This document shows positions 9,817 through 19,900 of a DNA stretch of 64,000 nt, in pieces. Below the pieces are notes generated by a model. The model made no database searches. It was not told where the DNA came from and saw only the letters and a program-made list of their open reading frames with translations. How positions within the stretch are numbered: position 1 is the stretch's first letter; each line of letters starts with the position of its first letter. Location of the stretch: NCBI GenBank assembly GCA_963725865.1, contig CAVSAC010000012.1, forward strand, positions 672,001-736,000, given 5' to 3'. Origin of the DNA: Candidatus Eiseniibacteriota bacterium (GTDB lineage Bacteria; Eisenbacteria; RBG-16-71-46). The position numbers were made by a program, and so were the translations under genes.

Positions 9817-12800
9817 TCAGTGCGCCAGCCGGATCAGCGTGCGCGTGAATCGCTCGCGACCCGCAGTCAATCGGGCGTAGTACATCCCGGCCACGACCTG
9901 GCGGCCCGAGTCATCCCGCCCATCCCAGGTGATCGGGTGAATGCCTGGCTCCTGGATGCCCCGCACGAGGGTGCGCACCCGCCGCCCATCGATGCCGAAC
10001 ACCGCCAGTTCGACCTCGCCGCGCGACGCCACGCCGAACTCCAGCGTCGTGCTGGAGGTGAACGGCGTGGGCCTTGCGGGAGCGAATTGCGTTCTGGCCG
10101 GCGAATCGCCCACCCCGACGGCATTCACCAACCGCACTTCCATCGGGTGGTTCTGGTGGTCGCGACCCTTGATCTCCACGACCTCGATCGCGGGATTGCC
10201 GGTCGCCAACGCGCGGTACGTCACGGTCGCGAACGCGCCGGCCCGGGAGAGCCCGGTCTCGTGGATGCCGAGCAACGCGCCGTCCACCGTGGTGAGGCCG
10301 ACGTGGAACAGGACACCGCCTTCGCCTTCGAAGAGGCCTTCGGAGACGATCGAGATGGGCAACGCAACCGCCGGGTTCCAGCCCAGCTTCACCGAGATGC
10401 CCTGCAGGAAGCCCGTGCCCTGCAGCCCGAGCACCACCCGGAAGGTCTCGCCGGCGGTGACCGTCGTCGGCGCCCATACGCCGAGCTGCTCGGCGTCACT
10501 CGACGTCGCCGCGGCGTCGGCCGGGCGTGCCGCGGACTGCGGCGCTGAAACCATGCCGTAGTTGAGCGAGAACATCATCAGGTCTTCGAAATCGATCCGG
10601 TTGTCGGTCATGGGCCGGGCGCTCACGGAGTAGTCCATCGTCGGGCCGACGTCCAGGCACTCCAGGCCGTCGTCGACCGGGAGCGTGGCGCCGTAGTGGC
10701 CGCCGAGCAGGCTCACGTCCGAGGTGGCCACCAGGTTGTCGCCCGCGCAGGCGACGGTGCCGTCACTGACGTCGCCCAGGTAGTAGTCGAGCGTGCCCAA
10801 GGTCATGTTGGACACGGGTGACGTGTTCCCGTACGCATCCTTGGATACGAGGACGTAGTACCAGAAGTCACGCGTCGGTGGCTCGTCCGTCTGACCCGAT
10901 GCGGTCACACCCGTCAGGGCCCAATTCGCGCTTGGCGGATAGGTCGGCAGGCCCGGGGCCGCGCCTGCGCTCTCGTCATACTGCGGATAGGCGCCGAATT
11001 TCGCCCGGTAGACCTCCACGCTCACCGCGTCCGCCGGGAGCGAGAACTCGAGCTGGATTGGTGTGGTGGCGCGCGCCGGCGGCGGCGGCACATGGTTGCC
11101 CGTCGTCACCTGCACCGCCACCAGATCCGCGGTCCGCGCGGGACCTGTCCGGTGGATGGGGATCGAGGCGGGTGGTCCCGGCACCACCTCGATCGGCTGG
11201 TTCGAACAGTCACGCGCGACCGCCGACTCGATCGTGATCGTGCCCGAGCCGTCCGATTCCGGGCTGGTCACGTCCACGGTGAACAGCGTGCCATCGCCGG
11301 TCACCCCACAGGGCGAACCGAGCGTGACGTCGTCGATGATCCAGCGATTGCCCGACGCGGGCGTGACGTGGAATGAGCGCGGCGCCAGCGGGTAGCCCCC
11401 GGACACGAACTCCGCGCCGCACAGCGCCAGATTGGAGCTCAACTGCACCGTGACACTGAAGCCCATCAGCGGCGTGGGATTCGTGCGCGTGATGACGACC
11501 GGGACGGTCACGCAGGGGTGGTCCTTCGTGATCATGGTCCCGCTCGCCGGCTGGGCGCTGACGACGTCCGCACTCACCGGCGCGAAGCTGGCGGCGATGG
11601 TGTGGGCGGCCTGCACGTCGGTGAAGGTGTAGCTGGTCACCGCACCGACCGAGCTGCCGTCCACCAGCACGTCACCGACGTGATAGCCGGGGCCAGCGGT
11701 GATGGTGAAGGTCCGGTTGGTGCCGCAGTCCACGGTCTGCGCCCCACTCGGGTCGATCGCGCCGCCCGCGCCGGCCGAGGCCGTGATGGTGTAGGTCCGG
11801 AGCGCGAAGCTGGCGGCGATGGTGTGGTCAGCGGTCACGTCGGTGAAGGTGTAGGTCGTGACCGGACCGACCGAGCCGCCGTCGACCTGCACGTCGGCGA
11901 TGGTGTAGCAGGCGCCCGGTGCGATGGTGAAGGCCTGACTGCCGTGGTCGACCACGCTGACGGCGCCGCCCGGGTTGATCGAGCCGCCCGCGCCGGCCGC
12001 GGCGGTGATGGTGTGGGTGACGCCCGCGCCGGCCAGCGCGGCGATCTCGCCCGCGCTCAGCGCCCGGCTGTAGACCCGAGCGTCGTCGATCGCGCCCTGC
12101 AGCATGTACTGCCCGTCGCTCTGGCTGCCGATCCCCACCGGGAGGTCGTTCGCGGCGATCGCGAAACTCTCGGCGCGTGCGGTGTCGAGGACGCCGTTGA
12201 CGTAGAGCTTGATGGTCGTGCCGTCGTAGGTGGCGGCGACGTGCGTCCAGGTGTTGCCGTCCGCCACGTACGGTTGAGTCGCGTTCAACCGGAAGGTGTT
12301 GCCGTTGGTCAGCTGGTTGAAGCGGACGAACGGCTTTCCGTTGGAGGAGGGCGGAGCCATCGCCAGCGAGATCTCGTAGCCGTCGGCCCCGCCGTTGTTG
12401 CCCTTGTGGATCAGATGCTGGGTCGCGACCCGCTCGGGTCTCACCCAGGTGGCGAGCGTGATCTGGTTCGTGATGTCCAGGCTCGGGCTGTCCGGCACGG
12501 TGCCGCGCTGGCTCGAGCCGTCCAGGTGCAGCGCGAGGTTCCCGACGCCGGTCACCCAAGTCGCGCCATTGGGCAGCGTGCCATCGTTGCCGTGTCCCGA
12601 GGCGTCCTGGATCGCAGTCCCGGTGCCCTCTTCGAAGGGCCACCAGGCCACCAGGTCACCGGGTACGACATCCGGCGCGAAGCTGGCGGCGATGGTGTGG
12701 GCGGCCTGCACGTCGGTGAAGGTGTAGCTGGTCACCGCACCGACCGAGCCGCCGTCCACCAGCACGTCACCGACGTGATGGCCGGGGCCAGCGGTGATGG

Positions 12801-15800
12801 TGAAGGTCCGGTTGGTGCCGCAGTCCACGGTCAGCGCCCCGCTCGGGTCGATCGCGCCGCCCGCGCCGGCCGAGGCCGTGATGGTGTAGGTCCGGAGCGC
12901 GAAGCTGGCGGCGATGGTGTGGTCAGCGGTCACGTCGGTGAAGGTGTAGGTCGTGACCGGACCGACCGAGCCGCCGTCGACCTGCACGTCGGCGATGGTG
13001 TAGCAGGCGCCCGGTGCGATGGTGAAGGCCTGACTGCCGTGGTCGACCACGCTGACGGTGCCGCCCGGGTTGATCGAGCCGCCCGCGCCGGCCGCGGCGG
13101 TGATGGTGTGGGTGACGCCCGCGCCGGCCAGCGCGGCGATCTCGCCCGCGCCCAGCGCCCGGCTGTAGACCCGAGCGTCGTCGATCGCGCCCGGAAACAC
13201 CCGCGCCACGTTTCCGTCGCTCGGGGCGCCGATCACGAACGGCAGACTGTTCGTGGTGATCGGCGCGGTGGTCGCCTTCGAGGCGTTCAGCACGCCGTTC
13301 ACGTAGAGCTTGATCGTGCTCCTGTCGTACGTCGCGGCGACGTGCATCCAGGTGGTGCCATCCGTGGGGTACGTCGCGGTCGCGTTGAGTCGGCCGCCTC
13401 CGGCGGCGAGGTTGTCGTCGAAGAGCCGGCAGAAGGGCACCCCGAGCGACGAGAGGTTGAGCTCGAACCCGAAGACCGCCGGGCTGGTCGCGAACGTGGC
13501 CTTGTTGAGGATGCTCGCGGTTGCCACCTTCGTGGGCCTGATCCACGCCGACACGGTGATCGCGCTCGTGAAGTTGAGCGGCGTGGCGTTCGCTATCGTC
13601 ACGTACTGGCTGGTGTTGTTGACGAACGAGAGAGCGTAGGGGCCGCTGATGCCGGGTACCCAGGCGGGGCTACCCACCGCCGTGCCATGGAGGCCGTTGG
13701 AGGAGGCGTCCGAGACGACGCTCCCGCTGCCCTCGTCCATCCGCCAATGGCCCGCCAGATCGCCCGCCGGCACGTCGAGCGCGAAGTTGGCCACGATGCT
13801 GTGCGGCGACTGCACGTTGGTGAAGGTGTAGCCGGTCACCGCGCCGACCGAGCCGCCGTCCACCACCACGTCGCTGACGTGGTAGCCGGAGTCGGCGGTG
13901 ATGGCTGAAGGCCTGGTCGCGCCCTGGCTCACCATCACCGCGCCACTCGGACTGATCGCGCCGCCCGCGCCGGCCGAGGCCGCGATGGTGTAGGTGGTGA
14001 GACTGGCCAGCGCCGCGATCTCGCCCGCGCTCAGCGCCCGGTTGTAGATCCGGACGTCATCCAGACCGCCCTGCAACCAGCGGCTCGCGCTCCCGCTCCC
14101 GTCCACCTGGGCGCCGATCCCGACCGGCAGCGTGTTGCCCGCGATCGCGATCGCCGCCGGCAGCGAACTCTCGAGCACGCCATTGACGTACAGCTTCATC
14201 GTCGCGCCGTCGTAGGTCGCCGCCAGGTGGATCCAGCTGTTGAGGTGGTCCGAGTAGAGCGTCGTCGAGTTGATCCGGTAGGTGTCTCCCGAGGGGACCT
14301 GATTGAGCCGGAAGAACGCCTTGTGTGGCCAGGTGGAGCTGGTGGCCGCCAGGCAGAGCTCGTAGCCACCGAGGCCGCCGTTGGTGGACTTGCTGATCAG
14401 GTTCTGGGTGGCCTCGCGGGCCGGATTGACCCACGTCGCCAGCGTCAGCGCGTTGCTCATGCCGAGCGCCGCGTCGTGCGGCACCGCCGCGTACTGGCTG
14501 CTGCCGTTGAGGCTCAGCGCCTGGCCGTCCTGGCCCGTCACGTAGCCCGGGCTGCCCACGACGGTGGCGTCGTAGCCATTGCCCGAGGCGTCGGTGACGT
14601 CGCCGTCCAGCTTCCACCAGCCGATCAGGCCCGCCGGCCCGCCGTCGGCCGTGAAGCTCGCCGTGATGGTGTGGTTGGCCGTCACGTTGACGAACGTGTA
14701 GCTCCCCACCGCGCCCGCCGAGACCCCGTCCACCTGCACGTCCAGGATGGTGGAGCCGCTGTTCGCCGAGATCGTGAACGGCTGGTTGCTGCCCGGGCTC
14801 ACGCTCACCGCCCCGCTCGGCGTGATGGTGCCGCCGCTGCCCGCGCTCGCCGTGATCGTGTACGCGCCGCTCGAGCGCAGCACGCTGCTCACGCTGCTGC
14901 CGTTGCCGGCCAGGATCACCACCGCGCCCGCCAGGTTCTGCTTCTGGCTGCTCGGATCGTTCAGCCCCCCCGGCATCAGCACCGTGCTCGGCCCGCTCAG
15001 CGCGATCGCCGCGGTCGGCGTCTCCTTGTAGAGGATGTTCCCGCTGCTCTCGACCGAGGTGTACACCACCGTCACCGTCGCGGCCCCCTCGTCCAGCAGC
15101 ACCAGCCCGCGCGTGCCCGCCTCATCCACCGGGTAGAGGTTGTCCCAGCTCCCGCCCGGACGCCGCACCAGCAGCGCGATCCGCGGGTAGCCCGCCGTGT
15201 CGTAGCTGGTCTTCACCGCCGCGTACAGCGTCCCGTCGCTGCCCACCGCCACGTGCAGGTGATCGTCCGCCATCCCCGCGCCCACGTTCAGCGCCGACTG
15301 CGACGCCGGCACCTCGTCCGCCGTCCAGCTCGCCGGATCCGTCCCGTCCAGGTGGGTGCGGAAGCCAAAGCGCTGCGTGTTCTGGTTCGACCACAACACC
15401 CCGATCCGGCCCCCCGCCAGCGCCGTCACCACCGCGATGTCGTCCGCGTGGATCCCGCTCGCCAGCGTCACCGGCCCGCTCCAGCTGCTGTACGGCGCGT
15501 CGCTGTAGTAGACCACGATCTGGTCCGCCCCCGCCGCGTGGTCGCTGACCACCCACAGCCGCCCCTGGGTGTCCTGCTCGAGGGTCGCCGTCTCCGTGCT
15601 GCCGTCCAGCGGCAGCGCCACGTTCGCCGGCCGCGCGCTCCAGGCCTGGTAGCTGTGGCTCGCGCTCACGTACTCGATCGAGGCCAGCTCCGAGCTGCCC
15701 GCGTTGAACAGCAGCACCTGGCTCACCGCCCCGCTCGCCTTCACGTCCGCATGCACCCCGGTCGCGTTCGACAGCTTCAGCACGTTGGTCCAGCTGGTGC

Positions 15801-16005
15801 CGTCGAGCCGCCACACCCAGGTGCCCGACCCGTTCGGCATCACGCACCACCACGTGCCCGCGTGGCTCCACACCTTCGACTGGGGTTTCTCGCCCGTCGT
15901 CGCGCTCACCGTGAACGGGTTCAACGGCGTGTGGACCGGCGGCAGCGCCGCCGCAGGAGGGGCCAGCATGGCAAGGCAGAGGACTGCAAGGAGGATGGGG
16001 CGCAC
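9817..16005 (-). CDS. Giant secreted protein B: N-terminal propeller-like domain, 3 LamG domains, Ig-like repeats, Cys-cohesin-like, X module, dockerin-like, cohesin-like, FlgD-Ig tail
   Basis: AGGAGG RBS; signal peptide; 3x W.H.AATYD...KLYVNGVL / GAIDDARVYSRAL LamG motifs; YTITASAG.GG.I.P.G...HTI.ASF repeats; shared C-terminal cassette. Confidence 0.85.
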   Translation of the reverse strand: MRPILLAVLCLAMLAPPAAALPPVHTPLNPFTVSATTGEKPQSKVWSHAGTWWCVMPNGSGTWVWRLDGTSWTNVLKLSNATGVHADVKASGAVSQVLLFNAGSSELASIEYVSASHSYQAWSARPANVALPLDGSTETATLEQDTQGRLWVVSDHAAGADQIVVYYSDAPYSSWSGPVTLASGIHADDIAVVTALAGGRIGVLWSNQNTQRFGFRTHLDGTDPASWTADEVPASQSALNVGAGMADDHLHVAVGSDGTLYAAVKTSYDTAGYPRIALLVRRPGGSWDNLYPVDEAGTRGLVLLDEGAATVTVVYTSVESSGNILYKETPTAAIALSGPSTVLMPGGLNDPSSQKQNLAGAVVILAGNGSSVSSVLRSSGAYTITASAGSGGTITPSGAVSVSPGSNQPFTISANSGSTILDVQVDGVSAGAVGSYTFVNVTANHTITASFTADGGPAGLIGWWKLDGDVTDASGNGYDATVVGSPGYVTGQDGQALSLNGSSQYAAVPHDAALGMSNALTLATWVNPAREATQNLISKSTNGGLGGYELCLAATSSTWPHKAFFRLNQVPSGDTYRINSTTLYSDHLNSWIHLAATYDGATMKLYVNGVLESSLPAAIAIAGNTLPVGIGAQVDGSGSASRWLQGGLDDVRIYNRALSAGEIAALASLTTYTIAASAGAGGAISPSGAVMVSQGATRPSAITADSGYHVSDVVVDGGSVGAVTGYTFTNVQSPHSIVANFALDVPAGDLAGHWRMDEGSGSVVSDASSNGLHGTAVGSPAWVPGISGPYALSFVNNTSQYVTIANATPLNFTSAITVSAWIRPTKVATASILNKATFATSPAVFGFELNLSSLGVPFCRLFDDNLAAGGGRLNATATYPTDGTTWMHVAATYDRSTIKLYVNGVLNASKATTAPITTNSLPFVIGAPSDGNVARVFPGAIDDARVYSRALGAGEIAALAGAGVTHTITAAAGAGGSINPGGTVSVVDHGSQAFTIAPGACYTIADVQVDGGSVGPVTTYTFTDVTADHTIAASFALRTYTITASAGAGGAIDPSGALTVDCGTNRTFTITAGPGHHVGDVLVDGGSVGAVTSYTFTDVQAAHTIAASFAPDVVPGDLVAWWPFEEGTGTAIQDASGHGNDGTLPNGATWVTGVGNLALHLDGSSQRGTVPDSPSLDITNQITLATWVRPERVATQHLIHKGNNGGADGYEISLAMAPPSSNGKPFVRFNQLTNGNTFRLNATQPYVADGNTWTHVAATYDGTTIKLYVNGVLDTARAESFAIAANDLPVGIGSQSDGQYMLQGAIDDARVYSRALSAGEIAALAGAGVTHTITAAAGAGGSINPGGAVSVVDHGSQAFTIAPGACYTIADVQVDGGSVGPVTTYTFTDVTADHTIAASFALRTYTITASAGAGGAIDPSGAQTVDCGTNRTFTITAGPGYHVGDVLVDGSSVGAVTSYTFTDVQAAHTIAASFAPVSADVVSAQPASGTMITKDHPCVTVPVVITRTNPTPLMGFSVTVQLSSNLALCGAEFVSGGYPLAPRSFHVTPASGNRWIIDDVTLGSPCGVTGDGTLFTVDVTSPESDGSGTITIESAVARDCSNQPIEVVPGPPASIPIHRTGPARTADLVAVQVTTGNHVPPPPARATTPIQLEFSLPADAVSVEVYRAKFGAYPQYDESAGAAPGLPTYPPSANWALTGVTASGQTDEPPTRDFWYYVLVSKDAYGNTSPVSNMTLGTLDYYLGDVSDGTVACAGDNLVATSDVSLLGGHYGATLPVDDGLECLDVGPTMDYSVSARPMTDNRIDFEDLMMFSLNYGMVSAPQSAARPADAAATSSDAEQLGVWAPTTVTAGETFRVVLGLQGTGFLQGISVKLGWNPAVALPISIVSEGLFEGEGGVLFHVGLTTVDGALLGIHETGLSRAGAFATVTYRALATGNPAIEVVEIKGRDHQNHPMEVRLVNAVGVGDSPARTQFAPARPTPFTSSTTLEFGVASRGEVELAVFGIDGRRVRTLVRGIQEPGIHPITWDGRDDSGRQVVAGMYYARLTAGRERFTRTLIRLAH
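11577..13192 (-). repeat. Internal ~520-bp near-identical direct duplication (11577-12097 and 12672-13192)
   Basis: The DDARVYSRAL...HTIAASFAP block occurs twice with offset 1095 bp and only a few substitutions. Confidence 0.9.
13761..15959 (-). repeat. Inverted repeat arm 1 (~2.2 kb); partner at 29897-32099
   Basis: Encodes the same PAAALPPVHTPLNPF...NFALDVPAGD sequence as the + strand gene at 29824; nucleotide-level match apart from two short patches. Confidence 0.93.
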
Positions 16006-16535
16006 GGTCTACCTCCTACGCTCGAGGGCGTAAGCAGGAGATGCGGCCTGCCGCGCGACCGCGATGCAGGGCCTGACCCCGCGCATTGCGATGCTGCCAC
16101 GAGCGTCCGGCGGCTTTCCCTACGAACGCTCGCTTGGGCTGGCGAAGCCAATCAGTGGGCCCTCGGCCCGCTCGCTTCGCAAAGCTGTCCGACGGTTTGC
16201 CGGGAGCGCTTCCGTGAGCTTCCGGTGCAGGTCGCACGCGGGGGGGGCTACAACCGTCCGAGCCACATGACCCGAGCCGGTCGGCCCGTGCGTCCGATCG
16301 AGATCACTGCCGCGCGGAGGATTGTCGGGTCGAGGGCTGGTTGCTGCTGCAGTCTCGACCTTCGTCCGCGCTCATCGTCGGGGGACACGACTCATGCTAG
16401 TGCATTGTCTGGTCGCGCGCCTCAACATAGTAAATTCCGGCGGGCCGTCAAAAGGGTTTGCAGAAAGACCCAACACGCGGGAGACTCCGAGCAGGGTCGC
16501 ACCGCGAACAAATTAGGGCCGCCGCGTGGCAAACC

Positions 16536-16990
16536 CCGAGCCCCCTGCTCGGCGTCTCGAGCCCCCCGCTCGACGTCTTGTGTCTTGAGCCCCCCGCTCA
16601 GCGCCGCGAACGCCCCGATCGAGCGAGCACGGACACGGATGTCTCTCGAATGACGACCCGGTGATGTAGTCGAGCGTCATGCTTGGCGCTCATCTTCTTC
16701 GGGACATGCACCATGTCACGCAGGGCCGCCGTCATCGATTCTTCATGTATTGCCGCTTTCCGTCAGGGGACGCGATCCGCGCCCGGGCCCCGCAGGTTGA
16801 CCCGTGCCCGCCCCAGGCCGGCCCACCCGTGCCACGCGTGGCGATTCACCACGGGCACCTTCTGTCGGACGTGTGAGCCGACGGATTCCCACGGCCGGTC
16901 GCTGACTCTCGCATCCACACTCTCATCGCAGCGCCCGTTTTACTCCCTCGGCGGGCATGCTCCGCATGCAGCCGCTACTCTGGAGGTTCT
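16536..16990 (+). ncRNA. Candidate structured leader: three GAGC-C5-GCTC hairpins plus a block homologous to 21458-21866
   Basis: CCGAGC-CCCCT-GCTCGG, TCGAGC-CCCCC-GCTCGA, TGAGC-CCCCC-GCTCA; shared cgacccggtg, atcttctt.ggga, gggccgc, tcgattc and gggcatgc-N3-gcatgc blocks. Confidence 0.5.
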
Positions 16991-19900
16991 GTGTTGAGTT
17001 CGCGTACTCGTTTCGGAGCGCGGCTGGCATCGATCGCTTTGCTGGTGGCGGTGATGCTCGTGACGTGCGGCGCAACAGCGTGGGCGGCAAATCACACCAT
17101 CACGGCGAGCGCCGGGACCGGTGGCTCGATCGACCCGGGCGGCGCCGTCAGTGTGAGCGATGGCGCGGATCAGACCTTCGCCATCGCAGCGGATGTGGGC
17201 TACGCGATCACGGATGTATTGGTGGACGGAGTCTCGCAGGGGCCGATCGCGAGCTACACCTTCACGAACGTCACGACCGACCACACCATCGCGGCCAGCT
17301 TTGCGGCGCCCGGCACCATCGATGTCGGCGCGGCCCCGGGACCGATCCTGGCCTCGACCGACCACGTCACGGTGCCGTTCACCATCACGCGCAGCGGCTC
17401 CTCGCCGGCGCTGATGGCCTTCAGCGTGGTGTTCAAGGTCTCCGAGCCGCTGGTGCTCCCCGCGGGCAAGAACAGCGTTCACCGGGGCGCCTTCCTGCCG
17501 GGGACCAACTTCCAAGTCATCGACCGGGGCATGGTCGGCAGTGACCACCTCTACCAGGCCGACGCCTCGACCTTGGGCTCGCCCTGCGGCACGGACGCCT
17601 TGAGCGGCACGCTCTTCACCATCGACCTGAACGCCTCGCACAGCGGAACGGGGACCGTCTCGATCGAGAGCGTGAAGCTGCGCGACTGCGAGAACGGGGT
17701 CATTCCCTCGATTACGGGGACGTCTGCGAGCGTGCTGGCGGACCTGACCGTGACGTTGACGGTCACCAAGGACGGCAGTGGCACCGTGACGCAGGACCCG
17801 GAACCGGTGCTCGGCAAGTACGAGAAGGGCACGGTGGTGACGCTGACGGCGACGCCGGCGGCGGGCTGGACGTTTGGAGCGTTCAGCGGGGCCGTGACGG
17901 GTGGCAGCCCGGCGACCGTGACGATGGACGGCGACAAGAGTGTGACCGCGACGTTCACGCAGAACAGCTACACGCTGACGGTGGTGAAGGTCGGCAACGG
18001 GACGGTGGTGAAGGACCCGGAGCAGGCGAGCTACCACTACGGTGACGTGGTGACGCTGACCGCGACCGCGGATGCCGGCTGGACGTTCGCCGGGTTCACT
18101 GGCGACGCGAGCGGCGGCAGCCCACTGGCGGTGACGATCGACGGCAACAAGAGCGTGACCGCGACGTTCACGCAGAACAGCTACACGCTGACGGTGGTGA
18201 AGGTCGGCAACGGGACGGTGGTGAAGGACCCGGAGCAGGCGAGCTACCACTACGGTGACGTGGTGACGCTGACCGCGACCGCGGATGCCGGCTGGACGTT
18301 CGCCGGGTTCACTGGCGACGCGAGCGGCGGCAGTCCGCTGGCGGTGACGATCGACGGCAACAAGAGCGTGACGGCGACGTTCACGCAGAACAGCTACACG
18401 CTGACGGTGGTGAAGGTCGGCAACGGGACGGTGGTGAAGGACCCGGAGCAGGCGAGCTACCACTACGGTGACGTGGTGACGCTGACGGCGACCGCGGATG
18501 CCGGCTGGACGTTCGCGGGGTTCACTGGCGACGCGAGCGGCGGCAGTCCGCTGGCGGTGACGATCGACGGCAACAAGAGCGTGACCGCGACGTTCACGCA
18601 GAACAGCTACACGCTGACGGTGGTGAAGGTCGGCAACGGGACGGTGGTGAAGGACCCGGAGCAGGCGAGCTACCACTACGGTGACGTGGTGACGCTGACG
18701 GCGACCGCGGATGCCGGCTGGACGTTCGCGGGGTTCACTGGCGACGCGAGCGGTGGCAGTCCGCTGGCGGTGACGATCGACGGCAACAAGAGCGTGACCG
18801 CGACGTTCACGCAGAACAGCTACACGCTGGACGTGACGGTGGTGGGCAGCGGCGCGGTGGCCAAGGCGCCGAGCCAGGCGAGCTACCACTACGGTGACGT
18901 GGTGACGCTGACCGCGACCGCGGATGCCGGCTGGACGTTCGCCGGGTTCACTGGCGACGCGAGCGGCGGCAGTCCGCTGGCGGTGACGATCGACGGCAAC
19001 AAGAGCGTGACGGCGACGTTCACGCAGAACAGCTACACGCTGACGGTGGTGAAGGTCGGCAACGGGACGGTGGTGAAGGACCCGGAGCAGGCGAGCTACC
19101 ACTACGGTGACGTGGTGACGCTGACGGCGACCGCGGACGCCGGCTGGACGTTCGCGGGGTTCACTGGCGACGCGAGCGGTGGCAGTCCGCTGGCGGTGAC
19201 GATCGACGGCAACAAGAGCGTGACCGCGACGTTCACGCAGAACAGCTACACGCTGACGGTGGTGAAGGTCGGCAACGGGACGGTGGTGAAGGACCCGGAG
19301 CAGGCGAGCTACCACTACGGTGACGTGGTGACGCTGACCGCGACCGCGGATGCCGGCTGGACGTTCGCCGGGTTCACTGGCGACGCGAGCGGTGGCAGTC
19401 CGCTGGCGGTGACGATCGACGGCAACAAGAGCGTGACGGCGACGTTCACGCAGAACAGCTACACGCTGACGGTGGTGAAGGTCGGCAACGGGACGGTGGT
19501 GAAGGACCCGGAGCAGGCGAGCTACCACTACGGTGACGTGGTGACGCTGACCGCGACCGCGGATGCCGGCTGGACGTTCGCCGGGTTCACTGGCGATGCG
19601 AGCGGTGGCAGTCCGCTGGCGGTGACGATCGACGGCAACAAGAGCGTGACGGCGACGTTCACGCAGGACTCCTACAGCCTGACCGTGGCCACGGTCGGGA
19701 ATGGCACGGTGAATCTGGTGCCGTCGGGTGGCAGCTACACGTACGGGACGGTGGTGTCGGTGAGCGCGGTTCCGGCGACCGGCTGGCACTTCGACAGCTG
19801 GAGCGGACACCTCACCGGCAGTACGAATCCGACCTCGCTGACCATGGATGGGAACAAGAGCATCACGGCGACGTTCGTGGTCAACCCCGACGTCCTGCCC

